A DNA stretch of 64,000 bases, taken from Sarea resinae. Taxonomy: Eukaryota. Shown here piece by piece: positions 46,883-61,800 of the stretch (position 1 is the first letter of the stretch; each line of letters starts with the position of its first letter). The stretch lies in contig JAPEUD010000025.1 of the NCBI GenBank assembly GCA_026026165.1, forward strand, positions 1 through 64,000, given 5' to 3'. The position numbers were made by a program, and so were the translations under genes. Under the pieces are notes generated by a model. That model had not been told where the DNA came from. It made no database searches and saw only the letters and a program-made list of their open reading frames with translations.

Positions 46883-49784
46883 TCAAAGCCTCAAGCCTCG
46901 CGTCAAAAGCCACAGCACGATGGGGACGATGACATTGTCGTTTCCTCCTGTCAGCACCGCTTCCGTGAAGCTCGCGCCACAAGCCGCAAGTACTGCCTTT
47001 CCCAAGGACCAACAGATATTCTCTCCTTTACCAGCCAAGGTATCTGTCCAGCCGCCAAACCTCAGCCACACCCTAGCAAACATCAGACCGCCCGTCACAG
47101 CACTTGCGAATGCCATGGAACCCTCGAGACTCTTTCCGCCTCCCCAGAACCACTTCCTTTTACCATAGCGACGACCGATGAGCGAGGCAGCCGCATCGCC
47201 CATACCAACGCAGACGACACCTGCCACCATACTCACGTCGCGTGAGGGAACCTCCCAACCCTTCAAGGGACCTTTCCCGGTGCGGTCTACGCCGGCGAGA
47301 GAAAGCCAAAGTGGGATAGCGCAGCCGATAAGAAGGAAAATGTGAGAGACTACGACAGGACCACGGAGATCTCGGCCATCAACATAAGGTGTAAGGAAGT
47401 AGGCGAGGGGCTTTGCAAGTGGGGGGAGTTGAGTGGCGCGGAAAAGGTCAAGAATCAGGAATATAGCCAGGACCAAGGTCAGTGCAAGAGCTGTAAAGGC
47501 CGGATCGATGAAGGTGGCTGGGAGCAGCATGGCGACCATCATGCCGTGGAAGACTTTTCGGCGAGTGTCGACCTCGACAACGGAGCTCAAACGCAGAACC
47601 GTGGCCATGCCAATCGCGAGAACACAGAGCCAATAGCTGGACAATAGCAAACGGGTGTTTGCCTCTCCAAGCACGACTAATCGGATGTATTCTGCTCCAC
47701 CCAAAGCGCTTGCTTGCTGGTAATTTTCCTCGTCGGCAGACGAAAAAGATATCCAATCCTCTAGATTCCTCTCTATCACCCATGATCGTAAGTATTGGAA
47801 ATCGCCAAACATGTATCCAATGGCCCATCCAATAGGCTCGTGGCCGTCTAAAGCGTTGTTGCCGACATAGACTCTGATGCCGAGCAAGACCGTCAAGATG
47901 ATCACAATATAGACATAGGCGGCGTAAAGCCACTTTCGAAGCGTGGCTTGGGGAGCCGTAAGAGACAGATAGGACTGGATATTGGAAGACTTTGAACGCT
48001 TGCGACGGCCACTGGGATTTGCGCGCGGCTGAAACGACGGTGAACCTCCCGCACCAAAGTTTGGCAATGTGTTTCTTCTTCTACCTGGACCTCTGGTATT
48101 GAGCCGACGGTCGTTCGCTGGAGGAAAGGGAAACCTTTTGCTGGCTTCTATGGCCGACCTTGATCCTGATTCCTCATCCGCTGCATTGACATGACCGTTA
48201 GAGTCACGAAGCTCGATTTTCAGAGAGTCTGCTCTTTTCAAATACTGATATCCAGGCGGCCCGTCCTCATCGGCATCGCTGCCATCGCTGTTCGCATCCT
48301 GATTGAATAAGCTACAGTTACGAGCCTTTTGGCTCAATCCGTCACCTAATATGTCAAGAAATGCGCTGCGGGCTTGAGTAGTGTGGCCAGTGCGCTTGAA
48401 CCTCCACCGCGGCACCCTGGCCAAGACTAATCCCCATCGAAGCACATGCAAACATGTTAGAGACACAGTCAACCCTCCACCCCAGAGTAGCGCTTTCAAG
48501 ATGATAGCCTGAGGAGCGGATGAGTGGAGGAGTAAGTTGATGAGAGCGATTGAGAGTATTTGCAATTCCGCCGGGAGAAGGCTGGTCGTGGTCAGATAGT
48601 GTAAAGGGGGTAGAATGGCTTGATGGAGAGCATAGAGAGAGGCCAGTGTCTCAGGATGTAGACCTTCGGGCGGAGGGCTCTTTAATAGATAAGGCTTTGG
48701 AGGGTATAGTTTTGAGGGTAGTGATGTGTTCTCAGAAGCAATGAGAGGAATCGAGGCAATGAACCAGTGAACCGTGCTATAGCCTCTTAGGAGATCAAGC
48801 CCAGGTATAAGTTGAGTTGGGAGTGTCGATAAACTAAGAATAATGTTGGGTAGAAGAACCTTTTTATAATGCGGAAAGATAGAAAGAGCCACGAGGAGAG
48901 GAAGCGTAGCCGGGTAGATGAAAGGCGCAGGATCAAAACTTGACGGTATGCGTAGTCGTCGACCGGGACCAAAGCCTGAGGCAGTTGCAGATCCCTTGGT
49001 GTAAAGGAGCAAGCGTGTTGGGTAAAGTGTAAGTAGGACGATCATGATCCACGTATAACTTTGAAGCTCTGCTAAACGCCAGCGTTAGCACCGGCAAGGG
49101 AGAAATCAGCATGACCGTACCTCTTTGCCATTCTCCAGCGGCTCGCCAGACACCTTGTTCACTGAGGACGATGACTCCGATTGTCCCAACCAAAGCGATC
49201 TCCGATGCTCGCCGCATCCATTCAGCACGCCTTCTCCTGGAAAATGTCTCTGATACTTGCTTTTCTGGATCTTCTGATTTGATCCGCAGTTGCACGTTTC
49301 GCACTTGCACTTGCTGTGGATCCGGAGAGAACTGTCTGGCATGGTCGTCCAAGTACGAAGGTGTAAGTAACGGACTTAGCACTCCATCTAAGCTCGTATC
49401 CAGACCATCACGAAGTCCTTTCCGCGGTCTAGCTGGTGGTGCGGGAAGACCTTTGAGAAATCCAAAGCTCTCATCATCAGCCTCCGTGCCGCTGTCATTC
49501 AAGTATCGCTGGTCTTTTCGTCGTGCTCGTCCATCGTCTTCGCTTTTGAGTCCCTCGGGATCGGAGCCGGATTGAAAGGGTGTCAGCTGAGGAGAAGGCA
49601 AATAGTGCTCTTTCTCGGTCCCAGTGGACTGAGACCCAAGCTCCACGTCACTGTCTGGACCATGTCTCCGTCGATGATAGGGATGCGGTGACCGAGACAG
49701 CCGTGGGAGGAATCCACTGGTCCCATTTGGTCCGCACGTTTCGGGAGGCCTGAGACCCCGCCATCCGTCGCTGGGGGGGTCCAT
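46883..49784 (-). CDS. SEC59: Dolichol kinase (CTP-dependent) with long N-terminal extension; intron 49120-~49070
   Basis: VDTRRKVFH, YVDGRDLRGPVVVSHIFLLIGC, GMGDAAASLIGRRYG, KSLEGS, EAVLTGGNDNVIVP. Confidence 0.93.
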
Positions 49785-50378
49785 TGCCGGCCGCTGCTCA
49801 ACGCTTCAATATATGAGGTTGGGGGGTCTACTCCATGACGTGCTGTCGTGTACCTTTGCCAGGTAGGGCACGAAGGCAGGGCGAATGAGCTGTGACTCAA
49901 GTTGGGATCCTCAAGATGGCTTCCGCATCATGGCCTTCGTGTGCGAAGTTGTCTGGACGAGACGAGGGGGGGCAGAGTGGACGATGTAGACGATGCAATC
50001 AATATGCGGTGGCCCCTGGGGCTACAACAAATTCGAGATGATTGCATGTGAGGCGACGTAACGTTCTGTCTAGTTGGTAGTAAGTAACTTCGTACCTACC
50101 GCAGACAACTGTTGACATCGTAAGACGGTCAGATTCATCGGATTCCAAGCGCAATGGCATGTCACTTCGTACTTCGTATATCGTCCCCGTAGCGCCCCAG
50201 CTCCGGCGGCTATTGTCGACTACCGACTCCTTACCTCCGCTGGGTGCATATATTACGCCAAGTGGAAAGACCTATTTCATGAACCTATGTACTCAATATA
50301 AGCATGTGGCACATTGTCGGTCCGGTCCTAGATATAAATCACAGGATGGCCCTGGACGTCATCCACGGCTAGGTATTC

Positions 50379-52679
50379 CTAGCCCCCTCTCTGTACAATC
50401 ACACCAGCACCAAGCCTCTTGCCTTCCGGTCCCCACAGGCTTCGGCATGGCACCACCTGCAGCTTGAGATCCCTAATACCCTCCAAGGAGCGTGTAGTAT
50501 AAACCATCACATGTTGTCCTGGCCCACGCGATGCATACTCGTCGTGTCCTGCCTGATCCGGACCAATAGCTTTGATAATCTCTGACACCATCTCAGCATC
50601 CGTGGACGCATCAGAAATGCTCGTGCAGACCATTGATAGTTGTCCTCCAGCTACCACCGAGTGCTCTGCTGTCGCAAGCCGGTCAGAAGATGTACTGAGA
50701 TGGACATGCCCGTGTGCAATGCCAAGACTTGTCCACTCGATCTCGCATGCACGTGGTAGTTCGTCCACCTCGATTGCCAAGAACGGAGGTCTCTTGGCAG
50801 CAACATCCTCGCTATAGCTGACCATCTCAGGATCTGGGAGACGGTGATGGCTGGGTTCCTCATGGAGAGACAATTGGCGAAGGTTTCCAAGTCTTCTGTC
50901 CCAGATGTCCACTTCCTCTGCTTCTTCCCCCTCAGCCTCGACTGTTTCCGCCTCATGTATTTGCTTCCAGGCCTCCCAGGCCACGATAGCTTTCGACTGG
51001 ATCTCGTGCTCGCCAGTAATGAAAACAAGCCCTGCAGTCCACCAAGTGACCTCCATGACTCGGGCAATTCGCCAGAGGTGCTGCAGAGACAGAACAGTCT
51101 GTGCGCAAAAGTTGCGCGTCCTATCTGAACCTTCCGGACTTTCGATAACTGCCATTGACGATGGCACCAATGGTATTTGCCCTGCGATGTAAATCAATGA
51201 TGCGCTTTGGCTATCGTCATCCCTATTAGAATCATCATCACAAGAGACAGAAATCGCTTGTGAGTAAGGTCCGATGTTTGCTGGAGCCCAATACGACCGC
51301 GACTGGACATGTAATCCTCTCCGTGCCACACGAATGCCCAGGTCTACTGTCATCGATAGCATGATATGTACATCCTGAGGCATGCAGTCTCCACAAGCCA
51401 CAGTAACTCGAGCCGGCGGGTTTGGTTTCCGGAATAAATTTGCGTAAACTCGGTTGACGGCAGCAAAGTCGGACATTGAGCGAAGAAGGATTGTTGTGAA
51501 GACGATATCATCGGTCGAGCTTCCCTGCTGCCGGAGGACTTCACGTAGCCTTGAGGATATGGCCGACATTTGCTCTTCAGCTGTATTGGCTTTCCGGATC
51601 GCTATCATGTTAGATATGTGCCAACTTCTCTTCGTCCAGGTAGAGCTCCATGACTTGATTGGTAGATCCACTACAGAGACTCTAGGTGAGACCCGGATAT
51701 TTCCTTTTCCCCTATTGATAGCGGTGAGCGTAATCGGCTCGACGATTTTTGTAAAACGATCGTCTAGTAGCTCTGGAAGCCGTAGTTGTTTGATGAGCAC
51801 ATCATCTTGGTGGTCCTCTGTCTTCTCCTCTAACCTAGCCTTTGTGATCCTGACTAAAGAAGTGCCTCCGCCGCTTTCCATGATCTGCCTATCATGCTCA
51901 TCAACAATGATCTTCTTCTTCCACAGGGGCTTTGGCCCATCGATCGCCAAGGTCTCGAACTCGCCACCTTCGCCCAGGACTGCTCCTCCTTCCGAGCCAC
52001 CAAATCTTTGCACAGCCAATGCAAGCCGTCGCTTCGTCCTCTGGTCAGCCACGTTTTCCCACAGGAAGCTCTCGTCGAGACCCCCTGATGCGACTTTGAT
52101 GATTTTTGCGACCTGGCCAACGGCAGCCATATCATCGAGGAGCGATGACTGAAGACCAGGCGGCAGATATGGATACTGCCATAGATAAGACAAAGGGACA
52201 AGGCCAAGTCGGACGGCTACAGATTCAACTCTCGTGCGCTGATAATCCGATAGAATGGCTCCCGTGCTGACAGCATTTGCCGACTCATGAATAGCTAAGA
52301 TCCTCTTCAGCAAAGGCACTAAAGCTTCCGTCTCATCCACATGTCCCGGTAACGATCCATCGAACTCTGGCGAATAGTCCCGGTCCGTGTTGGCAGCAGA
52401 TCCAGTGATTTCTTGGCGATACAGCGGGATTCCCAAAGCATCGGCATAGAGAGGAATTACAGTATGTCCTACTGTTTGGTACATAAAGCTGTCTATATCA
52501 TCTTTTCGGGCGTCAGAGAGCTGGTGTGGATCGGTGACAGCAGCAGATACAGGAAGCTGGGCCGGATAAAGGTTTCCTAAAGCCACAACATCATGTCCAT
52601 TGGCTAAGCAATGCAGTATAGAATAAAGGGAATCTTTGCCACCAGATATTAGAGCAATGACTTTGAGATTCGAGCCCAT
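50379..52679 (-). CDS. DPH6: Diphthine--ammonia ligase with C-terminal RidA/YjgF-like domains, intronless
   Basis: ALISGGKDS PP-loop, SFMYQTVG, GAILSDYQRTRVE, GEGGEFETL, NPPARVTV, LHVQSRSYWAPANIGPYSQ. Confidence 0.95.
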   Translation of the reverse strand: MGSNLKVIALISGGKDSLYSILHCLANGHDVVALGNLYPAQLPVSAAVTDPHQLSDARKDDIDSFMYQTVGHTVIPLYADALGIPLYRQEITGSAANTDRDYSPEFDGSLPGHVDETEALVPLLKRILAIHESANAVSTGAILSDYQRTRVESVAVRLGLVPLSYLWQYPYLPPGLQSSLLDDMAAVGQVAKIIKVASGGLDESFLWENVADQRTKRRLALAVQRFGGSEGGAVLGEGGEFETLAIDGPKPLWKKKIIVDEHDRQIMESGGGTSLVRITKARLEEKTEDHQDDVLIKQLRLPELLDDRFTKIVEPITLTAINRGKGNIRVSPRVSVVDLPIKSWSSTWTKRSWHISNMIAIRKANTAEEQMSAISSRLREVLRQQGSSTDDIVFTTILLRSMSDFAAVNRVYANLFRKPNPPARVTVACGDCMPQDVHIMLSMTVDLGIRVARRGLHVQSRSYWAPANIGPYSQAISVSCDDDSNRDDDSQSASLIYIAGQIPLVPSSMAVIESPEGSDRTRNFCAQTVLSLQHLWRIARVMEVTWWTAGLVFITGEHEIQSKAIVAWEAWKQIHEAETVEAEGEEAEEVDIWDRRLGNLRQLSLHEEPSHHRLPDPEMVSYSEDVAAKRPPFLAIEVDELPRACEIEWTSLGIAHGHVHLSTSSDRLATAEHSVVAGGQLSMVCTSISDASTDAEMVSEIIKAIGPDQAGHDEYASRGPGQHVMVYTTRSLEGIRDLKLQVVPCRSLWGPEGKRLGAGVIVQRGG

Positions 52680-53876
52680 CCTGAGGCCAGATAAGGGCCA
52701 GATTTCTCAATCTCTGGCATGGGCACGCGAAAACTCAAGCTGGCGCTCCAGATAGGAAAGTCTTTTCGACAATCTCGGCGCATACAGGGAGTTTGCTTCT
52801 CGCCGTCAGAAACAATCACTAGCAGTATCCATTCTGATATGCCGGTGGGATCCTGGACAGGTCGTTGCGAATGACTGAGTCTGACTTTCAATAGTGGTGG
52901 AAGCGCATCCACGAAGTTACAGATGATAAAAGTACCTACGAATATCTACTCGAGAGTAGGTTCGCTGCCGAGCTGGTCGATTGCGGTATAACTCAGTCTC
53001 GGGTAAGCTGCAGCCACTCAGGACAGTGGCTGTGCAGCACGGGTACCAACTCTATCAATACGACTTGCAAAGACGATTCAATTTCACTTTCAGAGGCCAT
53101 AATATATCCATATACATAGTAGTAATTCCGTATAAGATCATACGGGAACACACGATGAACCGACAGGGTCTCCAAAGTTCATCAGTAATGAATGCACATC
53201 AGGTTCAAGCACGTATACTCATAATCTCATATCTCTTTCCTGCATATCACATTGAATGATTCCTGAGAGCATTTTGAGAGTGCACCAATGCGAATGAAAG
53301 CCGAAAGATGGCTTATTTCGAAGGTCAAGTAAAACTTGTGGCCAGCACAAGCATACATGAGCAAAGAAGTGTGTGATCAACGAAGTACAGCTGAAGAGAA
53401 ATGCAAGACAAATGCAAAGGAGCCAGCGAGCTCCTACTGGGGATTACAACGAAAGTAAGTAGAAGCACCTCGCTCCGAACAACCACCATAACCCATCCCT
53501 TGACGCAACCGAAGCTCTACCCACATTCCCAAATGCCGCGCTCGCTAACAGCTCACCAGATTTCCATCTCGAAATATTTTGCAAAGAACCATGTTGAAGA
53601 AAAAAGGGGTACAAGAAGAATAGAAAGTACAAAGTGGCTTTTGTGAAAAACGCTCGCCTGCCCACCCCGATCCTAAGACACCACCAGTACCGTAGCTTGA
53701 GAGACCACTAGGCACATTTCCCATAAGTGAACAACTTTGATGTAGATTGTCCGGTATTAAGAGGTTTAAACGAGAATATCAGAAGTCGTGGTGATCGTAG
53801 CTCTTCATATCCCGCGTAGCAGCACCGAGGTGCTAATGGAAGCGACCTCCTAAGCCCCTCTAAATGTTGTGAAAGC

Positions 53877-55843
<1,967 letters not shown>

Positions 55844-58800
55844 TTCGAAGTCTTGATCCGGCGGCAGGAGAATCAATCCTGTTGACTAGATGTTAGCAGA
55901 GCGACTCCTGTGGCAGAAATTCAGACACCTTGATGTCTTCGTAATAGCTCTTACCGGTATTAATCTAGGTTGCGATCGAACGACGTAGGTCCCACTGGTT
56001 CTTCAATAATCAAGAATCTTGAGAAGAATCCAGCATTAAATTGCTGTTTAATATTATAACCAGAAAGGCTCAGACCAAGTGCACTATAAAGACTTGGGCG
56101 TAGCTGGGAAAGGTCCTGGGCCGAATGCTGCAGTGAACCTCGGAGTATTTACTTCAGAGAGTGACAAGGCCAACAAATTCGAGTTGATTCGAGTTTATTG
56201 TCTAACGATTGCGAACTGCTAAGACGTTTTGTAGCGTATGACGACGTTGAAAAAGATTGGCTGAGATTTGGGGATCAGGCAATTGATTATAGGCCAAGCT
56301 GCGTAGCTGGGAAAGGAAGGGCTGGAAAGACGGTTCGAAAGGCACAAGAAGCACTGTTCGAACGTTTCCCAAAAATAAAGACAACAATAGGGCTTTTAGA
56401 CCGACGAAGAATGAGGGCTGACGAAAGAGCAGATAGAAGATGGGCGAAGGAAATCAATGGAACGAGCGATGGGCGAGAAGCGGATAAAGTAACGACTTCA
56501 AGAGGATCAGCCTTCTAACGAGAACGGACCAGGAATAACGAACGAAAAAATTAAGTGCGGTTCAATGGATGATAGACATCGCAAGCATCGTGCATATATG
56601 GAACGATAAAGGACGGGGGGGGTGATATCCAGTCTCCAGTATCCGACCTGAGTGGGAGCAATGACCACCATCATGACAAGACTGTCAATCATGACACCCA
56701 CGTCGGTGAGCGCCATAAGAGATTCCAAAAGTAGACAGCCCTGTCCGACGCTATCGCCAGACCCCTACCAGCCTCTCTGTCTCTGTCTCCGGGGGAGGCT
56801 ATGCATCGACTAGCTAGAGTAGGTGGGTGGGAAAGTGGGAAGAATAGAAAGAGTGCTACTCTCCAGTACGGCTACGGAGTACATTGGTCGGGGAGGTACC
56901 TCAGAGTACCGGGAGTAGACAGAGGCGGCAGTCAGTGGGCTCATCGCTCGATGGGTCGTTCAAGGGTACCTTTTGCTGATGGCCGGACAGGCATCGAGCG
57001 GCACTGCATAAGCTCGAGTGATGGCATGGCACACAGCGAATTACACGAATTATGCGACCCCAAGTGGGTACTCTCGCGAGATTGCGACCGACACCACCTG
57101 ATGCCGGTGGTGCGCCCCCCATCGATGGCGATTCGTCTGTCGCCTGCAGCTTGAGACAACGCCAACACGGCGGCCATGGGCGCGCGGCGGATCAAGAGGG
57201 ACCTGAGGGCCTCGGGCCTTGGGCTTGAGAACAGTACGTAGTCGTACTTCGCATGCAGACCTACTCTACTCGTACTTTCCGCAGACTAGAGTACTCCTCC
57301 CCGTGTAGGTGAGACGTTGTCTGGCCTATGGACGCCACGTACAGCAGACACACGATTCTGTCCAAGATGGTGGGATGTGAAAAGAAAGCCAAACTGAGAT
57401 TCATGTGCTGAACGAAAGACGGATGTCACATTTGACAAGACGACATCGACGCCTCATTCGGTCCCAGTACCAACGGGCAGGGCCAACGACAGTGAGAAGC
57501 GCCGCATGCTGTGTGATGTTATCCCGCGGCTGGGGAAGGACAACTTTCAACTGGAGGCACAAACAGTCGAGGTGCTCTTTCGGATTAGCCTATTGGAACC
57601 AATCAATTCTGGGTAAATCACCGTGGGTTGACCAGCTCCAGATCAGCTTGCAATCGATACCGCGGACCCTGCTCCATCGAACTGGGTCGCTGAGACGTCG
57701 GCCGGGTCTCCATTCCCCCAATCCTTGAGCGGCTAGACCTCAGTGCTAGAGTGAACTGGTAGGATGCTGGACGGGGAACATTGTCGGCCACCCACAGGCC
57801 ACCACCCCCATCCATCTCCATTACTTCTAGCAGCAAGGCCGGAACCGCGGCCAGTGTCTCTGGGTCTGTTCTGATACAGGCCACGGCATTCGCTAGTACG
57901 TCCATCTAAGTACCTGACTAAGGTACCTATCTTCCTATCGCAGAAGGTGTGATAGAACAACCCGTCAATCCTTCTATGGCGCAGAGCCTTTCCCGATGTG
58001 AAACACAGCGAACCAAGCCCGGGCGCAGTGCACTTACTCTGCCTAAAGGATGCCACCGGTTCTCAAGCGCTGTGCTGAACCCTCTCACGGGGAAGCGCGG
58101 GAAGACTAAGAGGCATCTATCGCATGCTTGTGTAAAATCCAAGTAATTCTTGACTAACACAAGGCAGAAAGTTGGCTCTGGGATACGTAGACAATTTCGT
58201 ACACCACCGCACACAGCAGTCATGCAAAGCTGTATGGCGTGGAGCACGAAGTAATGTACTGGAGTACCTTACGCTTCGAGGATTTTAAGGCTTTCCCGTC
58301 TGCAGGTACGAGAGCGATTGTGATCAAAGATGCAAGGCACCGATTTCCATCCACTCCAACTGCAGCTGAATTTCTCATAGGCACTCTTCCTGCCTTTTGC
58401 GCACATTTGTTTCTCGCCCTTCACCTGTGTGGGCACATTGCGGGGTGTGGTAATAGGCCGACGGTCGACGCAGTGGGTGAACCCCGAAAATCAATGGCCT
58501 GAGAAAAACTTCTTACTCGTACACACGCTGCCGCCTCCCCACTGGACCCTGAGCTGTCGTCGAGCGAAGATCTTTCTGAAGGAGGGAGGGTGGCCTCCGA
58601 GCCTTGTTGGTCGATGCCGTCACTTCATCTACGAGTCGGCTCCATTTCAAAAGCAACGAAGCCCGCTTGAGACAGTTTGGTCGCCCACTCGTACCGCGTC
58701 TTTGCGAGCAATGGTCGACGACACATGCAGCCTGTCTCTTCCATGTTTTCCCTAGTGAAACATGGGATCTGTGCTCAGTCATTGGTATCGAAATCAATCC

Positions 58801-61800
58801 TGAGAAAATATCTCACAAACGCATGGTTATCGGCTTATCGATATGATAGTCGATAGGCGCTTTGTGGACAGTCACAGTATCGTATGTCTGTGGGCGCGCG
58901 TTTGCCAGCGACCAGAATCCTATCTGTCCTTGATGAGCGACTCGCTCCAATTGTGACCGACGATCTTCTGCACATCGGGATCGAAGCCCATCCTTCCCAA
59001 CTTGTGACCACTCTGCATTGGTGGTGTGTGAAGGATTGTGCGCAACGGCGGACTCCGAGTACTCCGTCTGTATGCATTACGCGTATTGGGCCTTGATGCA
59101 AGTGCCAGATGTGCAATGCAACCCGTAACCTTGCATTGCGATCCAAAAATAGCATCCTGGAACTGTCTAGATCCTTGCAATGGAGCTGACCGGCAGAGGT
59201 CGGGGTGGAAGTAATTCTTCAACTTGTCGCCGGCAGTACTCTGAAGTACTCCGTATCGAAGTGTGCTTTTTGTTCCGGCATGTTCCACCCTGATTTGCTA
59301 CTAACCAAAGTTCCAAGAGAACCTCCAGCTGTCTCTGCCAGCTGCCAGCGATTTTCATCATGACCGCCGTCGTCATAATGGAGATTAAGACCTAATGAAG
59401 GCCTACTGCTACTTTGAGATTGGTTTGATTTATTGCGGATGCCAACGGCAGAGCTAGAATACTTTGAGATGATGGTTCGACCCTGCTGCTCGGATGCAGG
59501 TGGTGTTCACTATGGAGAGCCAACGAGAACATTTCCCTTGATTGCAATTCCACGGGTGTGAAGATGCGTGATAGTACCTAAGGTGAATACCTCGAGGTCC
59601 ACCACATTTCTGCCCATACAAGAAGTATACTTTTAACCTTTACTCGTGTCCCTCGCCAGGACTGGGCCCAGAGGATATGGATCCCAGCTGCCACTCAAGG
59701 TACGGTAGGTACGGGACACTGAACAATGGAAGCGTACTCTAAGTACGTATTTGAGCGAAAGAGTGCTAGTTCTCCAGACTCACTGCGTTTTCGAGTACTA
59801 GTACCTGCCAGGCACGCCACGGTTCCCGCCTAGTGCAGGAACGACGCAGGTACAAGAGGTGAAATCTCAACGCCCGTCGTTTCAGAACACCTTGAGATCC
59901 GGCAGTCTCTTTCTCCTTCAGGAAGCCTGGAGACGTGACAAGTGGAGTCTTTTCCATCATACATGTACGAGTAGCGAGTAGCCATGGCCATGCAGACCGT
60001 CTTCACCACTACAGTACCCAAGGTACCTACCTTAGGTATAGCTTCCTACTACCAGTGAGCCACATCCCTCAAGGCTGCGTATCAGTACGCAGTACAAGTA
60101 TCCCCACGCCCACATCCCATATCTCGAGATATGTGTCTCCATTGATCGACGACTAATCATTCGAGCTTCCCACCGCCAAGTCCGATGTCGGGTCCCTACG
60201 CCATGGTAGCGGCGAGATAGACCTCACATTTCACCGTTGAGATATGGACAGAGACGACGGCGACGATCTTCTGTTCCTGAGCTAGAGTACTCTAATTCAT
60301 TTACTACGTAGTACTCCATGCCCCAGCAAGAGAGACGCGGTGCCGGGGAAGTCTTTCCATGGCTCCGAAAAATAACGGTCTCACTGGTCATCGCGCTAAC
60401 GGAGATCTAGAGACTCTCGGCAGATTTTCTCTAAGGTACCCAGTATGTGTGCGCGCGCTGCTTGATCTTGAGCTGTCCCCGCTTACCCGCATGAACTGGC
60501 GAAAACAAAATTTATTTTTCAGTATTACTGCGCCCTGAACCGCATTGACTCGTTCAAAATTGCGGCTCCGACGAATGAGCTTTTGCGGGTGAGCAAAGAT
60601 TTCACCATTGCACGTGGACGCAATCGGCCGTTGTGGCTTACATTATCGGTGCAATCAGAGCGTATTAGCTCTACGTGCACGGACTGTACCGTATGATTGA
60701 GGCAATGACAGTCAGGGGCGACCTTGCCAAACCCCCGGCACATTGTGAATTTCGAGAATCGTTCTGAATCGCTAGCCAAAATTACAACATCTACCGTAGT
60801 AAGTTTCCTATCCCCAGCAGATTACGATTAGCCAAAAGCATTCCTAATTCGGTGGTGGCTCGGTACTCCACACTTCCCACCTCGCATACATAGCGTGGAG
60901 AAACATCTCTCCACCATGTCGCTGGAGTCGTCAGTGGCGTGCCTCGGGTCAGAGAGTTCTCCAGCTGCCGGCACCAGATCAGCGGCTGTACCCGCACCAG
61001 TATACCAGTTCGATAGTGACATGTCTAAAGCTACGCAGATGCTGTATGCTGAGTACCAGCGTGGGCTGAGAGAACAGTCCCAAGGGACCTGTGGGTCCCA
61101 AGCTCCATCCCTACTAATACACACTATATCTTTCTCGGAGCCATATGGTACCTGACAGGACCCGAGGGAAAGATGGCGCGATAGATCGACGAGTGGGCGG
61201 GCCGTGGCCGAGTCCATCCTGAAGGGTGAAGTTTTCCTGAAATTAGACTCGCGGACCTCATAGCTGCGCATTTGAGGTCATGAGCCTTGACTTTGGCCAT
61301 AGCCATTGGTGGAGTAATATCCATTTTCATGACACAGAGCGAGCGAGTGTGCTGAGATCGAGCTAATAACAAGCAGCCGGCCTGCTCCATGTTCGAGACT
61401 ATCGTTCAGCACGCCCGTCCAGACAATACTCTAATCTACGGCATCCAGTGAAGGTCCGGCGAGTACCCCATTTTCAAAGGCTAGACGCTAGGTAGAGTAT
61501 ATTGTGCCTTGCTCCAGGAAGCTCTTCCAATATTGTGTTTGCCCACTCTCGGGCAAGAGATCGCACTCGAGAGTCAGATCCGTATTCCGTATATCTCTCC
61601 CGATCTCCTCAGACAGCAGACGACTATCGAGTTGGATTTTAGGTGACGATCGAAACCCTTCAATTCATTTTTCGCACATTTCACTGTAAAAGCCGATGAA
61701 TCACCCATGGACGCTGGATTTGATTAGCCAGTCTTTCGCTAGCGTTGCTAGCCTCACGAAAGAAGGTTCTACCTTAGGTAGTACGCCATATGAACTGGAT

